Assembly: GCA_016720065.1 (NCBI GenBank)
Contig: JADJXY010000002.1
Coordinates: 2,520,316 to 2,584,315, forward strand
Length of the DNA: 64,000 nucleotides
From: Betaproteobacteria bacterium
GTDB taxonomy: Bacteria > Pseudomonadota > Gammaproteobacteria > Burkholderiales > Rhodocyclaceae
Direction of reading: 5' to 3'
Made by a program: the position numbers and the translations under genes
In this document: in pieces, positions 1 through 9,628 of the stretch
How the letters are laid out: each line of letters opens with the position of its first letter
How positions within the stretch are numbered: the first letter of the stretch is position 1
The notes under the pieces: model-generated
Databases searched by the model: none
What the model was told of the DNA's origin: nothing
Seen by the model: only the letters and a program-made list of their open reading frames with translations

Positions 1-705
1 TCCGCCGCCGCCCTCAACTGCCTGGTCGAACGCACCGTGGACGCCCGCATGGCCCGCACCAGTTGGCGCGCCACCGCCCGGGGCGAGCTTTCCGCTCTGG
101 AAACCATCACTCTGGCCACGCTCCTGGGCGCCGCCGGCCTCTGGCTCCTGCACAGCTTCATCAACGACCTCACCATGTGGCTCACCCTGGCCACCTTCCT
201 CGGTTACGCGGTCATCTACACCCTGGTCCTGAAGCCGGCTACGCCCATGAACATCGTCATCGGCGGCGCTTCCGGTGCCATGCCGCCCCTCCTGGGGTGG
301 ACGGCCATGACCGGCCAGATTTCGCCGGAACCCCTGGTGCTCTTCCTCATCATCTTCCTGTGGACGCCGCCCCACTTCTGGTCCCTGGCCTGCTACCGCC
401 GCGACGACTACGCCAAGGCCGGCCTGCCCATGCTTCCTGTCACCCACGGCGTCGAATTCACCTGCCAGCACGTCCTGCTCTATACCGTCATGCTGGCCGC
501 GGCGAGCCTCATCCCCGTCTCCCTGGGCATGAGTGGCTGGTTCTATCTGGCGGCCATCGCCCTGCTGGACGTCGGCTTCCTGGCCTACGCCATCGCCCTC
601 TGCCGGCGTTACAGCGACGAATTGGCCAAGAAGACCTTCCGCTACTCCATCCTCTACCTGACCCTGCTCTTCGCGGCCCTCTTCGCCGACCGCCTGATCG
701 CCTGA
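1..705 (+). CDS. ctaB: Protoheme IX farnesyltransferase (heme O synthase), 5'-truncated by window edge
   Basis: Translation shows UbiA-family TM helices and characteristic CyoE/CtaB motifs ([22 protein letters not shown]); the ORF runs off the 5' edge of the window; stop TGA at 703-705. Confidence 0.85.
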   Translation, partial: SAAALNCLVERTVDARMARTSWRATARGELSALETITLATLLGAAGLWLLHSFINDLTMWLTLATFLGYAVIYTLVLKPATPMNIVIGGASGAMPPLLGWTAMTGQISPEPLVLFLIIFLWTPPHFWSLACYRRDDYAKAGLPMLPVTHGVEFTCQHVLLYTVMLAAASLIPVSLGMSGWFYLAAIALLDVGFLAYAIALCRRYSDELAKKTFRYSILYLTLLFAALFADRLIA

Positions 706-1736
706 TGGATTTGCGCCGCCGCCTCATCCTCATCGCCGCCTGTCTGGCCTTCGCCGTCGTCGCCCTGGGCGCTTACGTGCGCCTGTCCGACGCCGGCCTC
801 GGCTGCCCCGACTGGCCCGGCTGCTACGGCCATCTGGTAGGCGTTCCCGACGAAGCCCACGAGCAGGCCGTCGCCGTCCAGGCCTTCCCCGGCAAGCCCG
901 TCGAACCCGCCAAGGCGTGGAAGGAAATGGTCCATCGCTACTTCGCCGGCACCCTGGGCCTCCTGATTCTGGGCATTTGCGCCCTCTCCTGGCGCAAGGC
1001 CGCGCGGGCGGTGCGCTCCCCGGTCCTGCCGACAGCCCTGCTGCTCATCGTGGCTTTCCAGGCCCTGCTGGGCATGTGGACGGTCACCCTGCTCCTGAAA
1101 CCGATGGTGGTCACGGCCCACCTGCTGGGGGGCATGACCACCCTCGCCCTCCTCGTCGCCCTGGCCCTCGGCGAACGGCGCCAAGCGGCGCCCCCCGTTC
1201 CCGCGGGAATCAAGCCCCTGGCGCTCCTGGCCCTCCTGGTCGTCGTCGGGCAAATCGCCCTCGGCGGCTGGGTGAGCAGCAATTACGCCGCCCTGGCCTG
1301 CCCCGATTTCCCCACCTGCCACGGCGCCTGGCTGCCGCCAGCGGATTTCGCCAACGCCTTCACCCTGCACCGGGAACTGGGGCAAACCGCGAGCGGCGCC
1401 CTGCTCTCCCTGGAGGCCTTGACCGCCATCCACTGGAGCCATCGCCTCGGCGCCCTGGCGCTGACCGTTCTGGTCGGCCTGCTGGGATTCCGGCTCGTCA
1501 GCGCCCCGGGATGGTCCGTCTGGGGCAAGGGTTTGCTCGGATTGCTGACGCTACAGCTCGGCCTGGGCATCGCCAACGTCCTGCTCTCCCTGCCCCTGCC
1601 TCTGGCCGTGGCCCACAACCTGGGGGCGGCGGCACTGCTCACGGCCACCCTGGCCCTCAATCTGCGGCTGGCCGGTGCTCATTCCCGGATGCAGGCGGCC
1701 CGTGCCGTTCCGATCACCGGATTCGCGCGCCGGTAG
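705..1736 (+). CDS. ctaA: Heme A synthase (CtaA/COX15 family)
   Basis: ATG at 705 overlaps the ctaB stop (TGATG). Polytopic membrane protein with the CPDWPGCYG motif and His-rich helices typical of heme A synthase. The longer upstream ORF extension in the track is an overlapping-frame artefact. Confidence 0.8.
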   Translation: MDLRRRLILIAACLAFAVVALGAYVRLSDAGLGCPDWPGCYGHLVGVPDEAHEQAVAVQAFPGKPVEPAKAWKEMVHRYFAGTLGLLILGICALSWRKAARAVRSPVLPTALLLIVAFQALLGMWTVTLLLKPMVVTAHLLGGMTTLALLVALALGERRQAAPPVPAGIKPLALLALLVVVGQIALGGWVSSNYAALACPDFPTCHGAWLPPADFANAFTLHRELGQTASGALLSLEALTAIHWSHRLGALALTVLVGLLGFRLVSAPGWSVWGKGLLGLLTLQLGLGIANVLLSLPLPLAVAHNLGAAALLTATLALNLRLAGAHSRMQAARAVPITGFARR

Positions 1737-1794
1737 TTGCTGCTCAACTGGTGCAAGGCCCCCTGGAGGGCAGGGCCCGGCGGCCCTGGGCCGC

Positions 1795-2343
1795 TCATCG
1801 CAGGCCCGGCCTGCGTGAGATGAGCGCGTCGAACACCTTTTCCAGCCCCGGATGAACGCCCCGCAATCCGGCCACAACCCGTTCAGCCCAATCGAAATAC
1901 GCCTGCTTGCGCTCGGCGGGCCAATCTGCGGGCGGTGAGTTCAACAGATCCCGCAGGTTGCTGATCTTGTCGGCAAGCTTGACCAGTTGCGCCGAGGGCG
2001 AGGCGGTGGCGGCGTGGACAACCTGCAACTGCTTGCGTTCGGCCTTCTGCAAGGACTTGTCGTCGGTCACTTCCAGCACGATGTCGCAGACCCGCCCGCC
2101 AAAAGCGTCGCGAAGCTCATCCGCCGTGGTTTCGGTGTCCTCGAGGGTGTCGTGGAGCAAGGCTGCGCAGAGCACATCCGGATCGGTGACGCCGCCCTCG
2201 GCGGCGAGCACGCTGGCCACGGCAATGGGGTGATTGACATAGGGTGAAGCTTCAGCGTCCTTGCGACGTTGGTTCCTGTGCCTTTCCGCCGCAAAGAGCG
2301 CCGCGCGCAATACTTTGGAAACCTCTGTGCTCATGAGTCTCAC
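1795..2343 (-). CDS. Small HD-domain (p)ppGpp hydrolase-like protein (SpoT/RelA N-terminal HD homolog, SAH/Mesh1-like)
   Basis: 182 aa with HD motif HDTLEDT and the SpoT-hydrolase-like block ...KLADKISNLRDL... Confidence 0.65.
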   Translation of the reverse strand: MRLMSTEVSKVLRAALFAAERHRNQRRKDAEASPYVNHPIAVASVLAAEGGVTDPDVLCAALLHDTLEDTETTADELRDAFGGRVCDIVLEVTDDKSLQKAERKQLQVVHAATASPSAQLVKLADKISNLRDLLNSPPADWPAERKQAYFDWAERVVAGLRGVHPGLEKVFDALISRRPGLR

Positions 2344-2440
2344 CTCCCGCAGTCATCCACAAACCTTGCCCGCCCCGCGCTACCCCCACCGCTTCCCCGG
2401 TGGCGCCACTGCGCCTGGCGTACCGAGTAGTCCGTCAGAC

Positions 2441-2580
2441 AGGTTCAGCAATGTTCGGCACGCCCCGCATCCCCGCTCGTCGCTCATCCTCGCCATAGCT
2501 TCGGCTATGGCTGCGGTTCGCTTCGCGCGATCAAGGCGCGGACGCGCGCCTCGGCATCGACGTAAACCTATCTGACTGAC
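2441..2580. repeat. REP-like dispersed hairpin repeat, copy 1
   Basis: Core ggttcag..atgttcggcacgccccgcatccccgctcg...ctcatcctcgccatagcttcggctatggctgcgg, i.e. hairpin gccatagc-ttcg-gctatggc, with tail ...gaccactagccc. Related copies at 25290-25440 and 62946-63065. Confidence 0.5.
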
Positions 2581-2582
2581 CA

Positions 2583-3929
2583 CTAGCCCGCCAGACGTTC
2601 GAGGATTTTCCCGTGGATGCCACCAAAACCGCCGTTGCTCATGACGAGAATCTGGTCACCCGAGCGGGCCTCGGCGACGATGCGCGCCACCAGGCGGTCG
2701 AGGTCGTCTTCCACCACCGCCTTGGCCCCCAGGGGGGCCAAGGCCTCGGCGGCGTCCCAGCCCAGCTTGGCGCCGTAACAGAAGACGGCGTCGGCGTCGG
2801 TCAAGCTACCGGGGAGGGCGGACTTCATCACCCCCAGCTTCATGGTGTTGGAGCGCGGTTCCAGCACGGCCAGGATGCGCGCCCGGCCCACCTTGCGGCG
2901 CAGACCGGCGACGGTTGTGGCGATGGCCGTGGGGTGGTGGGCAAAATCGTCGTAGACCGTGACGCCCCTTACTTCACCCCGGACCTCCATGCGGCGCTTG
3001 ACGTTCACAAAGCGGGAAAGCGCCTCCAATCCCTTGTCGAGGGGCACCCCCACATGGCGGGCGGCGAGCAGGGCGGCGCAGGCGTTGGCCCGGTTATGGT
3101 CGCCGGTGAGGGTCCAGGTGCTGCGCCCGATTTCGCCTTCGCCATCAGACAGGAGGAGCGCCCCGTCCGCATCATCGCCGCCGGTGCGGTAGCCCTCGGG
3201 GTCGTTGAACCACTCCACGGGGGTCCAGCAGCCCCGGGCCAGCACACGTTTCAAGCTCTCCTCGGCAGCGTTGGCGACAATCAGGCCGGAAGGCGGCAGA
3301 GTCCGCACCAGATGATGGAATTGCGTCTCTATGGCGGCGAGATCGGCGAAGATATCCGCATGATCGAACTCCAGGTTGTTCAACACCACGGTGCGCGGCC
3401 GGTAATGGATGAACTTGGAACGCTTGTCGCAGAAGGCGGTGTCGTATTCGTCGGCCTCGATGACGAAGAAGGGCGTGCCGCCCAGCCGGGCAGAGACGCC
3501 GAAGTTCATGGGCACACCGCCGATGAGGAAGCCCGGGTCCATGCCCGCGTCCTCCAGAATCCAGGCCAGCATCGAACTGGTGGTGGTCTTGCCGTGGGTA
3601 CCCCCCACCCCCAGCACCCAGCGTCCCTGCAGCACGTTTTCCGCCAGCCACTGCGGGCCGGAAACGTAGCTCAGGCCCTGGTCGAGAACGGCCTCCAAAA
3701 GCGCATTGCCGCGGGAAATGGCGTTGCCGACGACGAAGACATCCGGTTTGAGCGCCAACTGATCGACGCCGTAACCTTCGATGAGATCGACGCCCGCCCC
3801 CCGCAACTGGTCGCTCATGGGCGGATAGACGTTGGCGTCGCAGCCGGTGACGCGGTGGCCGGCAGCCCGGGCCAGTTGGGCGATGCCGCCCATGAAGGTG
3901 CCGCAGATACCGAGAATATGAATGTGCAT
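2583..3929 (-). CDS. mpl: UDP-N-acetylmuramate:L-alanyl-gamma-D-glutamyl-meso-diaminopimelate ligase (murein peptide ligase)
   Basis: MHIHILGICGTFMGG N-terminus matches Mpl, Mur ligase fold. Start chosen at MHIHIL (3929); in-frame alternatives at 3944 and 3992. Confidence 0.85.
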   Translation of the reverse strand: MHIHILGICGTFMGGIAQLARAAGHRVTGCDANVYPPMSDQLRGAGVDLIEGYGVDQLALKPDVFVVGNAISRGNALLEAVLDQGLSYVSGPQWLAENVLQGRWVLGVGGTHGKTTTSSMLAWILEDAGMDPGFLIGGVPMNFGVSARLGGTPFFVIEADEYDTAFCDKRSKFIHYRPRTVVLNNLEFDHADIFADLAAIETQFHHLVRTLPPSGLIVANAAEESLKRVLARGCWTPVEWFNDPEGYRTGGDDADGALLLSDGEGEIGRSTWTLTGDHNRANACAALLAARHVGVPLDKGLEALSRFVNVKRRMEVRGEVRGVTVYDDFAHHPTAIATTVAGLRRKVGRARILAVLEPRSNTMKLGVMKSALPGSLTDADAVFCYGAKLGWDAAEALAPLGAKAVVEDDLDRLVARIVAEARSGDQILVMSNGGFGGIHGKILERLAG

Positions 3930-3980
3930 GTCGGGAAAGGCCATTAGAATGGCCCGGATTCTACTCGACGGAGCGCATCC

Positions 3981-4580
3981 ATGCCCCGCCACGATTCACC
4001 CCGTCAGGCCTCTGGCGCCAGAGCCAGCATTGCGGCCGCGGCCGCCCGCCTCATGGCCGAAGACGGCATCACCGACTTCCACCTTGCCAAGAAGAAGGCC
4101 GCCCGGCAATTGGGGCTACCCGATAACACCGCTTTTCCCGACAACGCCGAGGTCGAGGAAGAACTCCGGGCCTACCGCAGCCTTTACCAGGACGAAGAAC
4201 ACACCGAACTGCTGCATGGCCTGCGGGAAACCGCCCTGGATCTCATGGAACTCCTGGCCGACTACCGCCCCTATCTGACCGGTTCCGTCCTCGACGGCAC
4301 CGCTGGCCCCCACTCCCGCATCGACATCCTGCTCTTCGCCGACAGCGCCAAGGAGGTGGAAATCTTCCTCCTCAACCACGGCATCGACTACGACCATGCC
4401 GAGCCCCGCAACGAGAAGGCAGAAGCCGTGCTGGTCGTGGGCACCGAGGTGGCGGATGCCAATCTGATCGTTTTCCCCCCCTCCTTCGAGCGCATGAGTT
4501 TCAAGACCCGCGACGGACGCCCCCGGCCGCGCGCCCGGGCCGACGAGCTTGCGGTCTTGCTGGGCGGTTCCGCAGCGTGA
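3981..4580 (+). CDS. Conserved hypothetical protein
   Basis: 199-aa ORF divergent from mpl, stop overlaps the next gene start (ATGA at 4577). No confident family assignment from sequence alone. Confidence 0.45.
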   Translation: MPRHDSPRQASGARASIAAAAARLMAEDGITDFHLAKKKAARQLGLPDNTAFPDNAEVEEELRAYRSLYQDEEHTELLHGLRETALDLMELLADYRPYLTGSVLDGTAGPHSRIDILLFADSAKEVEIFLLNHGIDYDHAEPRNEKAEAVLVVGTEVADANLIVFPPSFERMSFKTRDGRPRPRARADELAVLLGGSAA

Positions 4581-5110
4581 TTTCGCGGCGCGCCTTCCTC
4601 ACCCTCGGCATTCCGCTGGCCCTGGGGGGTGGTCTGGCGGGCGTTCTCGTGGCACGCCGCCGCCGGGGCCAGCCCGAGGCGAGCCCTGATGCCGCCGCCT
4701 TGTTGGCGGCCCAGACCTTTATGGATATGGAAGGCCGCCCCATCCGCATCGCCGACTGGCGGGGCCACCCGGTGCTGGTCAATTTCTGGGCCACCTGGTG
4801 CCCGCCTTGCCTGGAAGAAATCCCCGGATTCACCCGGGTGCAGGGGCGCCACCCCGAGGCGAAAATCCTGGGCATCGCCCTTGATCGTGTGGAAAACGTC
4901 CGGCAAATGGCGGGTAAATTGGCGATAAATTACCCCCTGGCCGCGGGCGGGACCGAGACCACCGCACTGCTCAAGGCCCTGGGCAATCCGGGCAAGGCCC
5001 TCCCCTTCACCGTAGCCCTCGACCCCTCCGGAAACTTGCGCAAGCGGCGCCTGGGAATCCTGAGCGAGCAGGAGGCCGAGACCTGGCTCCTGGGGCTGGC
5101 AAACCCCTGA
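4577..5110 (+). CDS. TlpA-like thiol:disulfide interchange protein (thioredoxin fold)
   Basis: Signal/TM N-terminus, WATWCPPC active-site motif, thioredoxin-like length. Confidence 0.8.
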   Translation: MISRRAFLTLGIPLALGGGLAGVLVARRRRGQPEASPDAAALLAAQTFMDMEGRPIRIADWRGHPVLVNFWATWCPPCLEEIPGFTRVQGRHPEAKILGIALDRVENVRQMAGKLAINYPLAAGGTETTALLKALGNPGKALPFTVALDPSGNLRKRRLGILSEQEAETWLLGLANP

Positions 5111-5163
5111 GCGGCCCCGCGGCCACTGGACAAATTGCTGCGATTTGCGGCAAACTTGCTGCC

Positions 5164-5643
5164 ATGAAGAGGGAAAAAAGCGATTCCAAGAAGGCGCAGA
5201 ACAAGCGGATCCTGGTCCTCCACGGCCCGAATCTCAACCTGCTCGGCACCCGCGAACCCCAACACTACGGTGCCGCCACCCTGAGCGACATCAATCGGGC
5301 CCTGGCCCGTCGCGCCGAGTTGGCCGGGATCGATCTGGAAACCTTCCAGAGCAATCACGAGGGCGCTCTGATCGAATGCATCCACGCAGCCCGGGAGCAA
5401 GGCGTCCGGGCCATCATCATCAACCCCGCTGCCTACACCCATACCAGCGTCGCCCTGCGGGACGCCCTGGCAGCCGTGGCGATTCCCTTCGTCGAGGTGC
5501 ACCTGTCCAACGTGCACGCCCGCGAGCCGTTCCGCCACCACTCCTATTTTTCCGACCTGGCCGTGGGCGTCATCTGCGGCCTCGGCCACCAGGGCTATCT
5601 GCTCGCCCTGGAGTATCTGCTCAACACGCTCGACAGCGACTGA
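5164..5643 (+). CDS. aroQ: 3-dehydroquinate dehydratase, type II
   Basis: Characteristic [17 protein letters not shown]...SNHEG...[10 protein letters not shown] motifs. Confidence 0.9.
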   Translation: MKREKSDSKKAQNKRILVLHGPNLNLLGTREPQHYGAATLSDINRALARRAELAGIDLETFQSNHEGALIECIHAAREQGVRAIIINPAAYTHTSVALRDALAAVAIPFVEVHLSNVHAREPFRHHSYFSDLAVGVICGLGHQGYLLALEYLLNTLDSD

Positions 5644-5691
5644 CCGCAGGGCGGCAGTCTTGGCGTCACCATCACGCTTGAGGGGAACCCC

Positions 5692-6150
5692 ATGGATTTG
5701 CGCAAATTGAAAAAACTCATCGACCTCGTCCAGGAGTCCGGCATTTCGGAACTCGAGGTGACGGAAGGCGAAGAAAAAGTCCGCATCGCCAAGCATTACG
5801 GAGCCGCCCCCGCCCCGGTCCAGCACTACCTTCCGGCCGGCATGCCCGCCGTCGCGGGCACTCCGGCGGCCCCGTCCGGTTCGGTCGATCTGGACGATGA
5901 AGACGACCTGGAAGACGGCCATGTGGTCAAGGCGCCCATGGTGGGCACTTTCTACCGCGCCCCGTCGCCGGGGGCCGATCCCCTCGTCGAGGTGGGTCAA
6001 TCGGTGAAGCAGGGCGATACCCTGTGCATCATCGAGGCCATGAAGCTCCTCAATGAAATCGAGGCCGACGTTTCCGGCACCGTCAAAGCCATCCTGGTGG
6101 AAAACGGCCAGCCGGTCGAATTCGGCGAGCCCCTGTTCGTCATCGGCTGA
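5692..6150 (+). CDS. accB: Acetyl-CoA carboxylase biotin carboxyl carrier protein
   Basis: C-terminal biotinyl domain with [12 protein letters not shown] (biotin attachment Lys) and Pro/Ala linker; followed by accC. Confidence 0.9.
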   Translation: MDLRKLKKLIDLVQESGISELEVTEGEEKVRIAKHYGAAPAPVQHYLPAGMPAVAGTPAAPSGSVDLDDEDDLEDGHVVKAPMVGTFYRAPSPGADPLVEVGQSVKQGDTLCIIEAMKLLNEIEADVSGTVKAILVENGQPVEFGEPLFVIG

Positions 6151-6161
6151 CGGGCCGAGCG

Positions 6162-6290
6162 ATGTTCGAGAAGATTCTCATTGCCGACAGGGGCGACCAG
6201 CCGCCCCTCGGCGGCGTAGCGGCGAAGCCAAATCGCACCATGGCCGCAGGCCAACAGGGCGATCTCACCCCGGAGACGCTTAGTGTTTGA
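6162..6290 (+). other. Putative upstream leader ORF (42 codons) mimicking the AccC N-terminus, overlapping the accC start
   Basis: ATG at 6162 encodes MFEKILIADRGD..., 10/12 identical to Acc[13 protein letters not shown] but with different synonymous codons. Stop TGA 6288-6290 overlaps the accC GTG (6283). A 16/17-nt inverted repeat (6254-6270 vs 6311-6327) brackets GGAG and GTG. Confidence 0.3.
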
Positions 6291-7641
6291 AAAAATCCTC
6301 ATTGCCAATCGGGGCGAGATCGCCCTGCGGGTGCAGCGTGCCTGCCGCGAACTGGGTATCAAGACGGTGGTCGTGCACTCCGAGGCCGACCGGGAAGCCA
6401 AGTACGTCAAGCTGGCCGACGAGTCGGTCTGCATCGGCCCTGCCCCCTCCGCCCAGAGCTACCTGAACATTCCGGCCATCATCTCGGCCGCCGAAGTGAC
6501 CGACTCCCAGGCCATCCACCCCGGCTACGGCTTTCTTTCCGAAAACGCCGACTTCGCGGAGCGCGTGGAGTCCTCGGGCTTCGTCTTCATCGGCCCCCGG
6601 GCGGAAACCATCCGCCTCATGGGCGACAAGGTTTCCGCCAAGGACACCATGAAGGCGGCCGGCGTCCCCTGCGTCCCAGGGTCCGAGGGCGCCCTGCCGG
6701 AAGACCCCAAGGAAGTCGTCCTCATCGCCCGCGCCATTGGCTATCCGGTCATCATCAAGGCGGCCGGGGGCGGGGGCGGACGGGGCATGCGCGTGGTGCA
6801 TACCGAGGCCGCCCTGGTCAATGCGGTGCAGATGACTCGCCAGGAGGCCCAGACCGCCTTCGGCAACCCCACCGTGTACATGGAAAAGTATCTGGAGAAC
6901 CCTCGCCACGTCGAGTTCCAGGTGCTCGCGGACACCCACCGCAACGCCATTTACCTGGGCGAGCGCGATTGTTCCATGCAGCGTCGCCACCAGAAGGTGA
7001 TCGAAGAGGCGCCGGCTCCCCTCATCCCGGCCCGCCTCATCCCCCGTATCGGCGATCGCTGTGCCGACGCCTGCCGCAAGATCGGCTACCGTGGGGCCGG
7101 CACCTTCGAATTCCTCTACGAGAACGGCGAGTTCTACTTCATCGAGATGAATACCCGGGTGCAGGTGGAACATCCGGTCACCGAAGCCATCACCGGCGTC
7201 GATATCGTCCAGGAGCAGATCCGCATCGCCGCCGGCGAGAAGCTGCGCTACCGCCAGAAGGACATCAGCACCCGGGGGCACGCCATCGAATGCCGCATCA
7301 ACGCCGAAGATGCCTTCACGTTCACCCCATCTCCCGGCAAGATCACCTTCTACCACCCCCCCGGCGGCCCCGGCATCCGGGTCGATACCCACATTTACCA
7401 GGGTTACACCGTTCCGCCCCATTACGATTCCATGGTGGCCAAGGTCATCGCCTACGGCGACACCCGGGAGCAGGCCATCCGCCGCATGCGCATCGCCTTG
7501 TCGGAAATGAGCATCGAGGGCATCAAGACCAATATTCCTTTGCATCAGGAACTCATGCAGGACGCGCACTTCATCGAAGGCGGCACCAGCATCCACTATC
7601 TGGAGCAGAAGCTGGCCCAGAAGAGCGAGGTCAAGGGCTGA
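6283..7641 (+). CDS. accC: Acetyl-CoA carboxylase biotin carboxylase subunit
   Basis: 452 aa, full-length match to AccC (ATP-grasp; [21 protein letters not shown]...). GTG start, GGAG RBS 9 nt upstream. Confidence 0.9.
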   Translation: MFEKILIANRGEIALRVQRACRELGIKTVVVHSEADREAKYVKLADESVCIGPAPSAQSYLNIPAIISAAEVTDSQAIHPGYGFLSENADFAERVESSGFVFIGPRAETIRLMGDKVSAKDTMKAAGVPCVPGSEGALPEDPKEVVLIARAIGYPVIIKAAGGGGGRGMRVVHTEAALVNAVQMTRQEAQTAFGNPTVYMEKYLENPRHVEFQVLADTHRNAIYLGERDCSMQRRHQKVIEEAPAPLIPARLIPRIGDRCADACRKIGYRGAGTFEFLYENGEFYFIEMNTRVQVEHPVTEAITGVDIVQEQIRIAAGEKLRYRQKDISTRGHAIECRINAEDAFTFTPSPGKITFYHPPGGPGIRVDTHIYQGYTVPPHYDSMVAKVIAYGDTREQAIRRMRIALSEMSIEGIKTNIPLHQELMQDAHFIEGGTSIHYLEQKLAQKSEVKG

Positions 7642-7684
7642 CCGGGGTAACCCCCCTGGACAGCCCCTCTTGCGGAAGCCCCCG

Positions 7685-8575
7685 ATGCCTTGGCTGAACG
7701 TCAGTTTTGCCGCCGATGCAGCCCATGCCGAGGCGCTCTGCGACGCGCTGCTCGACCTGGGTGCCCTGTCGGCCGGAATCGAGGATGCCGACGCCGGCAC
7801 CCCCCTGGAAAAGCCCCAGTTCGGCGAGCCGGGTTCCCCCACCACCCCGCTCTGGGAGCACTCCCGCATCACGGCGCTTTTCGAGGCCGATGCCGAGGTG
7901 GGCCGACTGCTCGCCGCGGCGGCGGCGCAGGCGGGGCTGACCGATGTTCCCGTGCCGACCGTCACCGCCGTCGCCGAGCAGAACTGGGTTCAGCTCACCC
8001 AGGCCCAGTTCGAGCCCATCCGCGTTTCCGGCCGCCTGTGGATCGTGCCCTCCTGGCACGAGGCGCCCGACCCGCAGGCGATCAACCTCATCCTCGACCC
8101 GGGCATGGCCTTCGGCACCGGTTCCCACCCCACCACCCGGCTCTGTCTTGAATGGCTGGAGCGGCAGGTGAGTCCCGGCGCCTCGCTCCTCGACTACGGC
8201 TGCGGCTCCGGCATCCTGGCCATCGCTGCGGCCCGCCTGGGCGCCGCGCCCGTCGCTGGCGTCGACATCGACCCCCAGGCGGTGGAGGCCGCCCGCGCCA
8301 ACGCCCAGCGCAACGCCGTCCAGGCCCGCTTCGAGGATTCCGCCGCTCCCATCGCGGGCGAGTATGATCTCGTCGTGGCCAATATCCTCTCCAACCCCCT
8401 GCGTGTCCTGGCCCCCGCCATCTGCGCCCACGTGCGCCGCGGCGGGCACCTCGCCCTGTCCGGCATCCTGGCCGAGCAGGCGGCGGAGATCATTGCCCTC
8501 TACTCCGCCTGGATTCCCCTCGCCATCGCCGACACCCGTGAAGGCTGGGTCTGCCTCAGCGGAAGCAAGCCATGA
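7685..8575 (+). CDS. prmA: Ribosomal protein L11 methyltransferase
   Basis: MPWLNVSF N-terminus like E. coli PrmA (MPWIQL...); SAM-binding motif LDYGCGSGILAIAA; canonical position after accC. Confidence 0.85.
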   Translation: MPWLNVSFAADAAHAEALCDALLDLGALSAGIEDADAGTPLEKPQFGEPGSPTTPLWEHSRITALFEADAEVGRLLAAAAAQAGLTDVPVPTVTAVAEQNWVQLTQAQFEPIRVSGRLWIVPSWHEAPDPQAINLILDPGMAFGTGSHPTTRLCLEWLERQVSPGASLLDYGCGSGILAIAAARLGAAPVAGVDIDPQAVEAARANAQRNAVQARFEDSAAPIAGEYDLVVANILSNPLRVLAPAICAHVRRGGHLALSGILAEQAAEIIALYSAWIPLAIADTREGWVCLSGSKP

Positions 8576-8618
8576 AGCCGAGCGCCGCCCTGCGCGCAGC
8601 CCCCGTGAGGCCGCCGGC

Positions 8619-9617
8619 ATGATGCGCACCGCCTGCCCGCTGTGCAGTACGGTGTTCCGGGTCACTCCCGAGCAATTGCGCGTTCGGGCGGGCAAAGTGC
8701 GCTGCGGCCACTGCCAGGGCGTCTTCAACGCCCTCGAAAGCCTGGTCGACGCTCCGGTCGCCGAACCCGCGCCCTTCTCGGCGGAAGCAGCGGCCGCCCC
8801 GGAGACGGAATTCACGCCCGCCCCGCCGAGCGAACATTCGTTTGCGGAGCGCTCGCCGTTTCACCCCCCGGTATACGAACCTCCCCCTCCGGACGAGAAA
8901 TACCTCCCCGCCGGCAACGAACTCCCCGCGCCAGAACACGAAGCCTCCCCTGCAGGCCCTCAGCCTCCTTCCGCCGACACGGAGGTGGAGCCCCCCGCGG
9001 AGCCCCCCGCCGAAACCCCCGAGGAATCCGCCCAGGCCGCCCGCGAAGCGGGCCTCGCCGCCGCCCGGGAACTGGCCGAGACTCCAGGCTATAGCCGCTG
9101 GTCGGCTGGCGCCCTGGCCCCAGACCCCCAGGGCGGGCTGGTGTCAGCCACACCCCGGCGGCCGGTATGGCCCTTCGCCCTGGCTGCCCTCGTCCTCGCC
9201 ACGGCGCTGGCCGCCCAGATCGCCCTGCATTGGCGCACCGAAATCGCCCAGCGCTTGCCGGCCAGCCTCGCCCTCTACGACGCCGCCGATCTGCCTGTAC
9301 CGCTACCCCGGGTCGCCGACCTGGTCAGCATCGAGGCTTCCGACCTGCAGGCCGACAAGGCCAGCGGCCTGTTGATCCTGGCGGCCACCTTGCGCAATCG
9401 TGCTGCCTTTCCCCAATCCTGGCCCGCCCTCGAACTCACCCTGACCGACGCCCAGGATGCCGTCGTTGCCCGCCGCGTGCTCAACGCCGCCGACTATCTC
9501 CCGCCCCAGGCGGACCCGCTCGCCTTCGCCCCCGGTGCCGACACCGCGGTCAAGCTCTGGATCGACGCTCGCGAGGCAGGCGCTGCCGGCTACCGTCTTT
9601 ACGTTTTCTATCCCTGA
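8619..9617 (+). CDS. Zinc-ribbon (MJ0042-type) / DUF3426 family membrane-anchored protein
   Basis: N-terminal CPLCSTVF...CGHCQGVF zinc ribbon, Pro/Glu-rich linker, TM helix, C-terminal DUF3426-like domain; conserved position downstream of prmA. Confidence 0.65.
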   Translation: MMRTACPLCSTVFRVTPEQLRVRAGKVRCGHCQGVFNALESLVDAPVAEPAPFSAEAAAAPETEFTPAPPSEHSFAERSPFHPPVYEPPPPDEKYLPAGNELPAPEHEASPAGPQPPSADTEVEPPAEPPAETPEESAQAAREAGLAAARELAETPGYSRWSAGALAPDPQGGLVSATPRRPVWPFALAALVLATALAAQIALHWRTEIAQRLPASLALYDAADLPVPLPRVADLVSIEASDLQADKASGLLILAATLRNRAAFPQSWPALELTLTDAQDAVVARRVLNAADYLPPQADPLAFAPGADTAVKLWIDAREAGAAGYRLYVFYP

Positions 9618-9628
9618 CCCCCCAAACC

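Noticed and set aside
63-705. N-terminal 214-codon extension of the heme A synthase ORF (63-1736)
   Set aside because: Overlaps ctaB in another frame with Arg/Pro-rich nonsense; the conserved CtaA sequence begins at the ATG at 705.
5997-6434. 145-aa minus-strand ORF spanning the accB-accC junction
   Set aside because: Antisense to the conserved accC start and the leader uORF; no homology; explained by the inverted-repeat region.
9167-9628. Upstream extensions of the PfkB kinase ORF (9167-) and of the mgtE (45360-), pilI (51377-), hemL (-49033), tolC (-20032), threonine dehydratase (-38902), yqgE (62156-) and zinc-ribbon protein (8364-) ORFs
   Set aside because: Extensions are low-complexity, overlap upstream genes and are not part of conserved N-termini; internal Met/GTG starts with RBS match homolog N-termini.
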